Of a stretch of DNA of 19,147 nucleotides, positions 1 to 7,245 are shown piece after piece. Made by a program: the position numbers and the translations under genes. The notes under the pieces were generated by a model. That model did not search any database, was not told the DNA's origin, and worked only from the letters and a program-made list of their open reading frames with translations. The stretch is from a virus. Within the stretch, counting starts at the first letter, position 1. Every line of letters begins with the position of its first letter. The DNA is taken from the UHGV virus genome UHGV-0126495. One strand, written 5' to 3'.

Positions 1-1007
1 CTGTTTACCTCTTTCTCAGGGAGTTTAGTCTCCAGGATTTCCGGGGCGGTTCAATTATTCAGCCGGTACATATTGATGATGTGCTTCCGGAAGTGGTTGA
101 ACGTGTTGAATGCCGGAATCAGGGGCTGGAGAAATCCAGGACGCTGATGACCGGTATTGATGAACTGGACGCAAAAACAGGCGGTATGGAACCCGGCGAC
201 CTGGTATTTATTGCGGCTCGTCCTTCGATGGGTAAAACCGAACTGGCGCTGGATATCATCGACAAGGTGACTGAGCAGGGGCATGGTGTTCTTCTGTTCA
301 CAATGGAAATGGCGAACATCCAGATTGGTGAGCGCATGGTATCTGCGGCTGGAGGAATGCCGGTATCATGCCTGAAATCTGTCACTCACTTTGAAGACGA
401 AGACTGGGCACGTTTCTCACAAGGAGTGGGGCGGATGACCGGGCGCAATATCTGGATGGTGGACCAGGCGAACCTGACCATTGACGAGATATACGCAACA
501 ACGAAACACCACCTGATTAAACATCCGGAAACGGCGCTGGTGGTGGTTGATTATCTCGGGCTGATAAAAACCCAGAGCACGGGGCGTCATGACCTTGCCG
601 TGGGTGAAATCTCAAAGGGGCTTAAAGGCCTGGCAAAATCCGGCGGATTACCGGTGGTTGCGTTGAGTCAGCTCTCCCGCGGTGTGGAGTCCAGGCCCAA
701 TAAACGCCCCATGAACTCAGACCTGAAAAATTCCGGAGAAATAGAGGCGGATGCAGACATCATTCTGATGCTTTACAGGGATGAAGTGTACAACCCGGAT
801 ACGCAGGCCAGGGGCATCGCAGAAATCAATATCACGAAACAACGTAACGGTTCTCTGGGAACGATTTACCGGCGTTTTTATAACGGACATTTTCTGCCTG
901 TGGATCAGGAAAGCGCACAGATTCTTTCTACCCCAATGCAGCAGCCCCAGCCGCGCAGATACAGCAACAAACGAACTGACAGCAGTAAGATGGAGCGTTT
1001 CTTTTGA
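1..1007 (+). CDS. DnaB-family replicative DNA helicase, C-terminal part (5' end lies outside the window)
   Basis: Frame is open from position 3 with no stop before the listed GTG at 81, so the gene is truncated by the window edge. Walker A-like motif IAARPSMGKTELALD and following LLFTMEM block match the DnaB C-terminal ATPase domain from memory. Stop TGA at 1005-1007. Confidence 0.85.
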   Translation, partial: VYLFLREFSLQDFRGGSIIQPVHIDDVLPEVVERVECRNQGLEKSRTLMTGIDELDAKTGGMEPGDLVFIAARPSMGKTELALDIIDKVTEQGHGVLLFTMEMANIQIGERMVSAAGGMPVSCLKSVTHFEDEDWARFSQGVGRMTGRNIWMVDQANLTIDEIYATTKHHLIKHPETALVVVDYLGLIKTQSTGRHDLAVGEISKGLKGLAKSGGLPVVALSQLSRGVESRPNKRPMNSDLKNSGEIEADADIILMLYRDEVYNPDTQARGIAEINITKQRNGSLGTIYRRFYNGHFLPVDQESAQILSTPMQQPQPRRYSNKRTDSSKMERFF

Positions 1008-1261
1008 ACAACCAGACAACACCTTTTACCCCTGAACAATTACGTAAACAGGCACAGGAAATGTTGCGACAGGCGGAACAACTGGAAAAAACAGGTGTAA
1101 CAAAAGATGCCATTCGTCGGGATATGGTGCCAGCGCTCAGGGAACTGATGCAGGCGAAACACCGCGCACAAAAAGCGGTGGATGAGCTGGTGGATTGTGT
1201 GGCAGAGCTGGAAACCAGAGTTGGAAAGTTTGAAAAACTGGTGCAGGAGGTGCTGCGCTGA
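1004..1261 (+). CDS. hypothetical small coiled-coil protein (85 aa)
   Basis: ORF with TTG start at 1004 overlapping the helicase stop; GGAG at 992-995 about 8 nt upstream. Stop overlaps the next ATG at 1261. Charged, helical sequence with no recognised family. Confidence 0.45.
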   Translation: MNNQTTPFTPEQLRKQAQEMLRQAEQLEKTGVTKDAIRRDMVPALRELMQAKHRAQKAVDELVDCVAELETRVGKFEKLVQEVLR

Positions 1262-1644
1262 TGCGTGATATTCAGATGGTTCTTGAGCGTTGGGGGGCAT
1301 GGGTGGCAAATAATCATGAGGATGTCACCTGGTCATCGATTGCAGCCGGATTCAAGGGACTTATTCCTTCAAAGGTTAAATCGCGACCGCAATGTAGTGA
1401 TGATGACGCAATGGTTATTTGTGGGTGTATGGCTCGTTTGAAAAAGAACAACAGTGATTTGCATGATTTGCTGGTAGATTATTATGTGGCTGGTATGACG
1501 TTTATGGCACTGGCCCGTAAGCATCATTGTTCTGATGGATATATAGGAAAAAAACTTCAGAAGGCTGAAGGAATAGTCGACGGAATGTTGATGGCACTGG
1601 ATGTTCGTCTCGAGATGGATCTTGAAGTTGTTAGATGTTATTGA
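1261..1644 (+). CDS. quuD: late-gene antitermination protein Q (phage 82 / QuuD type)
   Basis: 127-aa ORF starting [14 protein letters not shown]..., recalled as near-identical to the DLP12 QuuD antiterminator; conserved Cys-rich block [16 protein letters not shown]. Sits immediately upstream of a promoter/terminator region as in lambdoid phages. Confidence 0.8.
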   Translation: MRDIQMVLERWGAWVANNHEDVTWSSIAAGFKGLIPSKVKSRPQCSDDDAMVICGCMARLKKNNSDLHDLLVDYYVAGMTFMALARKHHCSDGYIGKKLQKAEGIVDGMLMALDVRLEMDLEVVRCY

Positions 1645-1670
1645 TTAACGTTTGCTGGTAAAATTGAATA
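1635..1670 (+). promoter_or_regulatory. candidate late promoter (pR'-like) with extended -10
   Basis: TGgTAAAAT at 1656-1664 (TG at -15/-14 plus TAAAAT hexamer) directly after the Q stop; the -35 is weak. Position matches pR' in lambdoid phages. Confidence 0.3.
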
Positions 1671-1720
1671 AAAAAGGGGACGCAAAAACGCCCCCAAGAG
1701 TTTAGAGTAATAAATAACAG

Positions 1721-1750
1721 AAGGTTAAAAAGAAAAGACAAAATGTCTTT
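1721..1750 (-). terminator. candidate intrinsic terminator for the porin transcript
   Basis: Hairpin AAGACA-aaa-TGTCTT (1735-1749); on the minus strand it is followed by TTTCTTTTTAACC. Lies about 85-110 nt downstream of the porin stop. Confidence 0.4.
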
Positions 1751-1781
1751 CTTAATGCAGTGACGTGAGGGCGTCACCCAC

Positions 1782-1822
1782 ATGTTGTGGGAGATAAATA
1801 TCTCCCACAACATATCTTTTTT
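1782..1822 (+). terminator. strong intrinsic terminator (tR'-like) downstream of Q
   Basis: Perfect 13-bp inverted repeat ATGTTGTGGGAGA / TCTCCCACAACAT (1782-1794 and 1801-1813) with 6-nt loop, followed on the plus strand by ATC then TTTTTT (1817-1822). Confidence 0.6.
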
Positions 1823-1833
1823 AATAAAAAGAT

Positions 1834-2931
1834 TTAGAACTGGTAAACCATACCGACAGCAACAATATCGTCGGTGTTTATACCAAGACCTCTGGTGAAA
1901 TCATTTTTGTCAAGCAGGTTGATTTTGTAATCAACGAAAGTAGACATATTTTTGTTGAAGTAATAGGTTGCGCCTACATCAACATATTTAACTAAGTCTT
2001 GATCGCCCCATACTCCGAGATCTTTACCTTTAGATTGCAGGTAAGCCACGGACGGACGCAGCCCAAAATCGAACTGATATTGTGCAACAGCCTCAACGTT
2101 CTGAGCTTTATTAGCGACGAAGCGATCAGCAAATACCGTCATATTCTGGGTTTCAGAATAGGTAGTGGCCAAGTAAATGTTGTTAGCGTCATATTTCAGA
2201 CCAGCGGCCCAAACTTCTGCATTTTTACCGGAAGCAAATACTCCAGGAAGAACTTTCCCTAGATTAACTTGAGTGTCGGTACGGTCAGATTTCGCATAAG
2301 TTGCACCAATACCGAATCCTTCGTATTCATAGGTAGCAGAGAAACCGAAGCCATCACCGTTACCTTCGGTATAGTTATCGAGATCGCTACGATCGTTTTT
2401 GCCTTGGTACTGAGCAGCAAAGTTCAGACCATCAACCAGACCGAAGAAGTCGTTATTACGGTAAGTTGCAACACCAGTTGCACGCTGAGTCATGAATACG
2501 TCGGTTTGAGTCCAAGTATCACCACCGAATTCTGGCAGAACGTCAGTCCACGCACCGATGTCGTATGCTACACCGTAGTTACGGCCATAATCGATGGAGC
2601 CGTAGTCACCGAATTTCAGGCCAGCGAAGGCAAGACGGGTTTTATCTTTGGAAGAACCTTGAGATTCAGCACGGTTGCCTTTGAATTCATATTCCCACTG
2701 ACCGAAACCAGTCAGTTGATCATTGATTTGGGTTTCGCCTTTGAAGCCCAGACGAGCATAAGTTTTGTCACCATCGTGTTTATCGTTAGAGGAGAAGTAG
2801 TGCTTGGCATTAACTTTTCCGTACAGATCCAGTTTGTTGCTGTCTTTGTTATAAATCTCTGCTGCCTGAGCAGACATCGCCATTAATACTGACGCAGCTA
2901 CAGCAGAGATTGCCACTGTTAATTTTTTCAT
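1834..2931 (-). CDS. nmpC: outer membrane porin, OmpC/NmpC/Lc family (prophage-borne lysogenic conversion porin)
   Basis: 365-aa minus-strand ORF with signal peptide [23 protein letters not shown], mature N-terminus AEIYNKD and C-terminal ...VYQF typical of general porins; recalled as very close to E. coli NmpC / phage PA-2 Lc. AGGA 7 nt upstream of the ATG. Convergent with Q, as in DLP12. Confidence 0.9.
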   Translation of the reverse strand: MKKLTVAISAVAASVLMAMSAQAAEIYNKDSNKLDLYGKVNAKHYFSSNDKHDGDKTYARLGFKGETQINDQLTGFGQWEYEFKGNRAESQGSSKDKTRLAFAGLKFGDYGSIDYGRNYGVAYDIGAWTDVLPEFGGDTWTQTDVFMTQRATGVATYRNNDFFGLVDGLNFAAQYQGKNDRSDLDNYTEGNGDGFGFSATYEYEGFGIGATYAKSDRTDTQVNLGKVLPGVFASGKNAEVWAAGLKYDANNIYLATTYSETQNMTVFADRFVANKAQNVEAVAQYQFDFGLRPSVAYLQSKGKDLGVWGDQDLVKYVDVGATYYFNKNMSTFVDYKINLLDKNDFTRGLGINTDDIVAVGMVYQF

Positions 2932-3175
2932 CGTGAATCCTTAGTCCTTTTCGGAACTATTATTAAAAAATATTGTCACTGCGGCCTAAATATACATCTA
3001 ATCGGTATGGCTATTTCAAGATATGGAGTTTATTTAATGGTTCAAAGTGTGATCAAGATCTCGTTTATGCGTACTGGTAATTATTGATTGACGATGTTTT
3101 TGTAATGAGAGATGCGTTTCTGAAATGCAATGAAAAGTTATTGTTTTTGTATTTTATAATGTAAATTTTTTGCGT
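2932..3175 (-). promoter_or_regulatory. AT-rich porin upstream region with candidate sigma70 promoter and OmpR-box-like motifs
   Basis: Read on the minus strand: TTGAAA (plus coords 3014-3019), about 17 bp, then TGTATATTT, followed by a roughly 60-70 nt leader. Further upstream TTTACATTATAAAATAC and GAAACGCATCT resemble OmpR-binding boxes of ompC/ompF. Confidence 0.35.
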
Positions 3176-3180
3176 GCTGG

Positions 3181-3194
3181 TTTACGTACGTAAA
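3181..3194. promoter_or_regulatory. perfect 14-bp palindrome TTTACGTACGTAAA (candidate operator)
   Basis: Exact palindrome read directly; overlaps a possible -35 (TTTACG) with TATGAT at 3203-3208 sixteen bp downstream, upstream of the 3265 ORF. Confidence 0.3.
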
Positions 3195-3264
3195 AATTTA
3201 AATATGATGTTAAGAGTGGTCACTTTGCCACACAGCTTAAACCAGCCGCCAAACGGGGTTTTTT

Positions 3265-3573
3265 ATGCCCGAAAAGCGGCGCAGTACGTTAAACGCGCTG
3301 GTGGTTGCGAATACCGGTCTTTCAGCTTGCTGGCTTTTTCGACAAGAGTTATTGGTATGTCACGTTAACCGGAATAAGGGAAAAAGACATGCTAAAACAG
3401 CAGGATATGACCGAAACCGTAATGAATTAAGCGTCACCGAGCCGGCGACCGTCGGGGAAATTGCGCAGAATACGTACCTTTCACGCGAACGCTGTCAGTT
3501 AATACTGACCCAGCTTGTTATGGCGGGTCTGGCAGATTATCAGTTCGGTTGTTACAGACGCCTTCCTCAGTGA
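3265..3573 (+). CDS. hypothetical small DNA-binding protein (C-terminal helix-turn-helix-like segment)
   Basis: 102-codon ORF; C-terminal ATVGEIAQNTYLSRERCQLILTQLVMAGL looks like an HTH recognition unit. Bracketed by a candidate promoter/palindrome upstream and an intrinsic terminator overlapping its stop. N-terminal half is low-complexity, so the true start is uncertain. Confidence 0.35.
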   Translation: MPEKRRSTLNALVVANTGLSACWLFRQELLVCHVNRNKGKRHAKTAGYDRNRNELSVTEPATVGEIAQNTYLSRERCQLILTQLVMAGLADYQFGCYRRLPQ

Positions 3574-3587
3574 AGGCTTTTTTATTT
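3560..3587 (+). terminator. intrinsic terminator
   Basis: GCCTTC-ctcagt-GAAGGC hairpin (3560-3577) followed by TTTTTTATTT; overlaps the stop codon of the 3265..3573 ORF. Confidence 0.6.
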
Positions 3588-3723
3588 GTGGTAATGGGCG
3601 GCTGGTGGGTGTTAGCGGCACCTGCCAGCCATCTGCTCATGCGTTGGGGTCACAAGCAAACCTCAGGCCCATCTGCTTTGCGCAAAAGCGGAATGAGCCT
3701 ATCAGAGAAGTGCTTATTGATCT

Positions 3724-4770
3724 ATGGCCAATACTGTAAAAATATCCAGTTGTGAGTTAATCAACGCTGATTGCCTGGAATTTATCCAGACCTTACCGGA
3801 AAACTCTGTCGATCTGATAGTCACAGACCCGCCATATTTTAAAGTGAAGCCCGAGGGCTGGGATAACCAGTGGAAGGGCGACGATGATTATCTGAAATGG
3901 CTGGATCAGTGTCTGGCGCAATTCTGGCGGGTACTGAAGCCTGCCGGAAGTCTTTATCTGTTCTGTGGTCATCGCCTGGCATCTGACACCGAAATCATGA
4001 TGCGTGAACGCTTTAATGTGCTGAACCACATTATCTGGGCGAAGCCGTACGGACGCTGGAACGGGTGTAATAAGGAAAGTCTGCGGGCGTATTTTCCGGC
4101 AACAGAACGCATTCTGTTTGCTGAACATTATCAGGGGCCATACCAGCCCAAAAATGACGGCTATGCGGCAAAGGGGCGCGAGCTTAAGCAGCACGTCATG
4201 GCCCCGCTGATTTCTTACTTTCGTGATGCGCGTGAATCACTGGGAATAACGTCAAAACAGATAGCGGAAGCCACCGGAAAGAAAAACATGGCTTCGCACT
4301 GGTTTGGTATCAGTCAGTGGCAGTTGCCGAACGAAGGCGATTATCTGAAATTACAGGCGTTGTTTGCGCGTGTTGCAGCAGAAAAACATCAACGAGGGGA
4401 ACTGGAAAAGCCACACCACCAGCTGGTCAGCACATACAGTGAACTGAACCGGCAATATGCCAGTCTGCTGAAGGAGTACAAATCCCTGCGGCGTTATTTT
4501 TCCGTATCGGCTGCCGTTCCGTATACGGATGTCTGGACGCACAAGCCTGTGCAGTATTACCCCGGCAAACATCCCTGTGAGAAACCGGCGGATATGTTGC
4601 GTCAGATAATTACCGCCAGCAGCCATCCGGGAGATTTGGTCGCTGATTTTTTTATGGGGTCGGGGTCAACAATAAAAGCAGCATTATCGCTGGGAAGGCG
4701 TGCAATAGGTGTGGAACTGGAAGAAGATAGATTTAACCAGACTGTAATTGAAATAAAAAATAATCGTTAA
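3724..4770 (+). CDS. orphan DNA methyltransferase, beta-class amino-methyltransferase (probably N6-adenine; N4-cytosine not excluded)
   Basis: 348-aa ORF with motif IV DPPY at nt 3826-3837 near the N-terminus and motif I FFMGSGST at nt 4648-4671 near the C-terminus (IV before I is the beta-class permutation). No restriction endonuclease candidate nearby. Confidence 0.88.
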   Translation: MANTVKISSCELINADCLEFIQTLPENSVDLIVTDPPYFKVKPEGWDNQWKGDDDYLKWLDQCLAQFWRVLKPAGSLYLFCGHRLASDTEIMMRERFNVLNHIIWAKPYGRWNGCNKESLRAYFPATERILFAEHYQGPYQPKNDGYAAKGRELKQHVMAPLISYFRDARESLGITSKQIAEATGKKNMASHWFGISQWQLPNEGDYLKLQALFARVAAEKHQRGELEKPHHQLVSTYSELNRQYASLLKEYKSLRRYFSVSAAVPYTDVWTHKPVQYYPGKHPCEKPADMLRQIITASSHPGDLVADFFMGSGSTIKAALSLGRRAIGVELEEDRFNQTVIEIKNNR

Positions 4771-4939
4771 ATGTGTGTATCATTATTTCTGCATTTTATG
4801 AATAATAGAAATTTATACATATATTTACGAATATTGACACAGTTTTTAATTGAAAAAGTATCTGTCCTCATTAATATTCTTTTTCGGTTCCGAGGGGGAT
4901 GTAAAGCGCGGTCATTTTTATTTTTCCTGAGGAACCAAT

Positions 4940-5015
<76 letters not shown>

Positions 5016-5018
5016 TAT

Positions 5019-5093
<75 letters not shown>

Positions 5094-5456
5094 GCATTTG
5101 AAATAAGCCTTATTGTATTGCAGCACTGGCGTATTTTTATTACGTGGGAGCAGGTTGTTTTGAAAAAGCATTCTGTTCTCTGGCTATGATTTGAGGCCAG
5201 GTTAGCCTCAGTGCTGATTTTTTTACGGCAGCAGAATGGTGCATTGCTGGTGGAGATTTTGTATTTCCTGGCAGGGTCGGTGATGTATCATTCTGGTGTT
5301 GTAAATAACACCATCGGGGCGCTCCTCAGGGCGAGGGTGGTTAAAAGAGTCGGTTTAGCGGGAAACCACAGTATTCATACAGGACGGAATACTTCGGGAG
5401 GCACCCGACGCCTCGATTTTATTACAATTAAAAAATTCATTCCTTGCATTGACCAA

Positions 5457-5480
5457 CCGCCGTATCTGGCGGTTTTTTTT
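5457..5480 (+). terminator. intrinsic terminator (likely end of the tRNA transcription unit)
   Basis: CCGCC-gtatct-GGCGG hairpin followed by eight T (5473-5480). Confidence 0.6.
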
Positions 5481-5490
5481 ATTCTTAATT

Positions 5491-5526
5491 CGAAAAAAGA
5501 AAACACGGACACTGATAATGTCCGTG
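5491..5526 (-). terminator. intrinsic terminator for minus-strand transcription
   Basis: 8-bp stem CACGGACA / TGTCCGTG (5504-5526) with 7-nt loop; on the minus strand followed by TTTTCTTTTTTCG (plus-strand A-run 5491-5503). Confidence 0.5.
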
Positions 5527-5803
5527 TGGCAATGCCATGTAAGTCAGCGATGAATATGGCGCAAAAAAAGCGCGGCTGTCGGATTAACGCCGCGGGACAA
5601 AGTCCGTGAAGAAGAATAAGTATCGGTCTCCTTCCGGAGACGAGTTGATATTACTAAGCTTTAAAAATGGTTTAAATCCTCAGATTGACCTTAATTTCCG
5701 GTAAGTCTTATTTCATTTTCTCCGCGCTACCTCCAGCGCACATCACATCAGGTAACGCCACACAAAAGGCATCTGCGGGTGCCTTTGACGGGTGTTTTTT
5801 TAC

Positions 5804-5829
5804 GGGCCGCTGGTGGCCCTTTTTTATTT
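5804..5829 (+). terminator. intrinsic terminator immediately upstream of the lysis cassette
   Basis: GGGCC-gctggt-GGCCC hairpin followed by TTTTTTATTT; ends about 15 nt before the AGGAGA ribosome-binding site of the 5845 ORF. Confidence 0.6.
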
Positions 5830-5844
5830 ACAGGAGAAAAAAGT

Positions 5845-6237
5845 ATGTCTGAACCCTTGTCCGGTTCCGGCACGGCTGCGGCGCTCGGCGGGGCGACGGT
5901 ATTCGGGCTGTTTACCGGAACGGATTTCGGGATTGTGTTTGGTGCGTTCGCCGGGGCGTTATTTGTGGCAACGATGCCGCAGGCGCTTTCAGCCTGGCGT
6001 GTGGTGGCGCATTTTCTTGTGTCGTTCATTATCGGCGTGCTGGGCGCAGAGGTTCTGGCGTCCTGGCTGGTAAAGCATACAGGGTTTGACGGTGCACCTG
6101 TTGACGCATTGTGTGCAGTACTGGTGTCAGTGGTGTCGGTGAAGATTCTGTCGTTCATCCACCAGCAGGATATCGCATCACTGGTGTCCGGTCTGTTCTC
6201 CCGCCTGCGGGGCGGAGGAGGCGGCAATGTTAAGTAA
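5845..6237 (+). CDS. putative holin (multi-TM small membrane protein, 131 aa)
   Basis: ATG at 5845 preceded by AGGAGA (5832-5837); the longer listed start at 5779 would read through the terminator. Three to four hydrophobic helices and a charged Gly-rich C-tail; first gene of a lysis-type cluster ending in an endolysin. Confidence 0.55.
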   Translation: MSEPLSGSGTAAALGGATVFGLFTGTDFGIVFGAFAGALFVATMPQALSAWRVVAHFLVSFIIGVLGAEVLASWLVKHTGFDGAPVDALCAVLVSVVSVKILSFIHQQDIASLVSGLFSRLRGGGGGNVK

Positions 6238-6502
6238 CCTTCCCGGAGTGCTGAATGTGGCGTTATGTACGGTTATCGTGCTGACGCTCTTTTTTTATCG
6301 TCGTCGTGACTCCAGACACAAACCGCTGATGTCATGGCTGGCCTGGCTGCTGATGCTGCTTTATGGCTTTGCTCCACTCAGCTATCTGTGTGGTCGCCCG
6401 TTAGCAACGGGCTGGCTGGAAGTGTTTTTTAATCTGCTGTTCTGCGTGTTGGTGATACGCGCACGCGGGAACGTCACAAAAATCTTTCCATTGTTGAGGT
6501 GA
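6227..6502 (+). CDS. small three-TM membrane protein (second lysis-cassette component; holin/antiholin-like)
   Basis: ATG at 6227 preceded by GGAGGAGG; overlaps the 3' end of the previous ORF by 11 nt and ends at the endolysin start. Three hydrophobic segments. Confidence 0.5.
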   Translation: MLSNLPGVLNVALCTVIVLTLFFYRRRDSRHKPLMSWLAWLLMLLYGFAPLSYLCGRPLATGWLEVFFNLLFCVLVIRARGNVTKIFPLLR

Positions 6503-6504
6503 AT

Positions 6505-6882
6505 ATGCCGGGTAAATTCAGATTCAGCCGTCGGAGCGAGAAAAATCTGGAGGGCGTCAAACCACAACTGGTTGCTGTCGTTCGCCGTGCCCTTGAGCTG
6601 ACGGAAGTTGATTTCGGTATTACGGAAGGCCTGCGCAGTAAGTATCGCCAGAAACAGCTGGTCGCGGAAGGGAAAAGCCAGACCATGAACAGCCGCCACC
6701 TGACAGGTGATGCGGTGGATGTTGTGGCCTACATTGGCAGCCAGGTGTCATGGGACTGGCCTCTGTACGAGAAAATAGCGCAGGCATTTAAGCAGGCTGC
6801 CGCAGAGCTGGGAACTGCCATCGAATGGGGCGGTGAGTGGCGGTCGTTAAAGGACGGGCCTCACTTTCAGCTGAAACGATAA
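6505..6882 (+). CDS. endolysin, peptidase M15 family (L-alanyl-D-glutamate endopeptidase type)
   Basis: ATG at 6505 preceded by GAGGTGA; the listed GTG start is 6499. Motifs SRHLTGDAVD and DGPHFQL match the zinc-binding signature of M15 peptidases such as phage T5 endolysin. About 125 aa, no signal peptide. Confidence 0.85.
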   Translation: MPGKFRFSRRSEKNLEGVKPQLVAVVRRALELTEVDFGITEGLRSKYRQKQLVAEGKSQTMNSRHLTGDAVDVVAYIGSQVSWDWPLYEKIAQAFKQAAAELGTAIEWGGEWRSLKDGPHFQLKR

Positions 6883-6888
6883 ATAAGG

Positions 6889-6921
6889 CAAAGCCCCGGT
6901 TGTTGGAGCAATCGGGGCTTT
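6889..6921 (+). terminator. candidate hairpin/terminator after the endolysin gene
   Basis: 8-bp stem AAGCCCCG / CGGGGCTT with a large loop, followed by TGTGTTTAT; weak T-tract. Confidence 0.3.
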
Positions 6922-7011
6922 GTGTTTATGGATTCATTTTGTGAATGCGCATGGGGATCATTCATGCCAGTAAAGCCTAACACGACGAAAGATAAATTTG
7001 GAGATGATCTG

Positions 7012-7161
7012 ATGATAAAAGCAGAAACCACCCCGCAGTGGGCTGATGATGCCGCAAAAATCATCGCGGTATGCCGGGGCATCAGACACATACTGACGCC
7101 AGTTGCATGGATTATTTGTACCGCACTGGTTGCATACACAACAATTTATTTAAACAGATGA
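7012..7161 (+). CDS. hypothetical small C-terminally anchored membrane protein
   Basis: ATG at 7012 preceded by GGAGA (7000-7004); alternative starts GTG 6922 and ATG 6964. C-terminal hydrophobic helix ILTPVAWIICTALVAYTTIYL. Stop overlaps the ATG of an unlisted 28-codon ORF (7158..7244). Confidence 0.3.
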   Translation: MIKAETTPQWADDAAKIIAVCRGIRHILTPVAWIICTALVAYTTIYLNR

Positions 7162-7245
7162 GTGCTGATTTTATTCGGGCGGTGGCTTTTGCAATTCGCC
7201 TTGTGGCGGTCGCTGTTCTGATTTGGGCTGTGCGTTGGTGGTGAT

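Noticed and set aside
3060-3560. MicF-like small RNA divergent from the porin gene
   Set aside because: The ompC-micF arrangement prompted a look, but the recalled micF 3' end (GCCTCGCATTCGG followed by a T-run) and body are not recognisable here; the plus-strand unit at 3181-3587 looks like a different, possibly protein-coding, element.
3515-3755. Two overlapping plus-strand ORFs (3515..3739, 3549..3755) upstream of the methyltransferase
   Set aside because: They begin inside or across the 3560-3587 terminator, have no ribosome-binding sites and overlap the methyltransferase start; treated as intergenic or leader sequence.
5211-5609. 132-aa plus-strand ORF in the gap after the tRNAs
   Set aside because: GTG start with no ribosome-binding site, low-complexity translation, and it reads straight through a strong intrinsic terminator (5457-5480) and other hairpins; more likely non-coding structured sequence.
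5094-5844. Shiga-toxin or other toxin cargo at the moron position between the tRNAs and the lysis genes
   Set aside because: No ORF with a signal peptide or of suitable length (stxA about 315 aa, stxB about 89 aa) is present; the region is largely non-coding.
5748-6227. 159-aa minus-strand ORF (Pro/Arg-rich) and the plus-strand 5792..6073 ORF overlapping the holin
   Set aside because: Both are alternative-frame or antisense readings of the GC-rich holin gene; the holin frame has a proper ribosome-binding site and membrane-protein character, the others do not.
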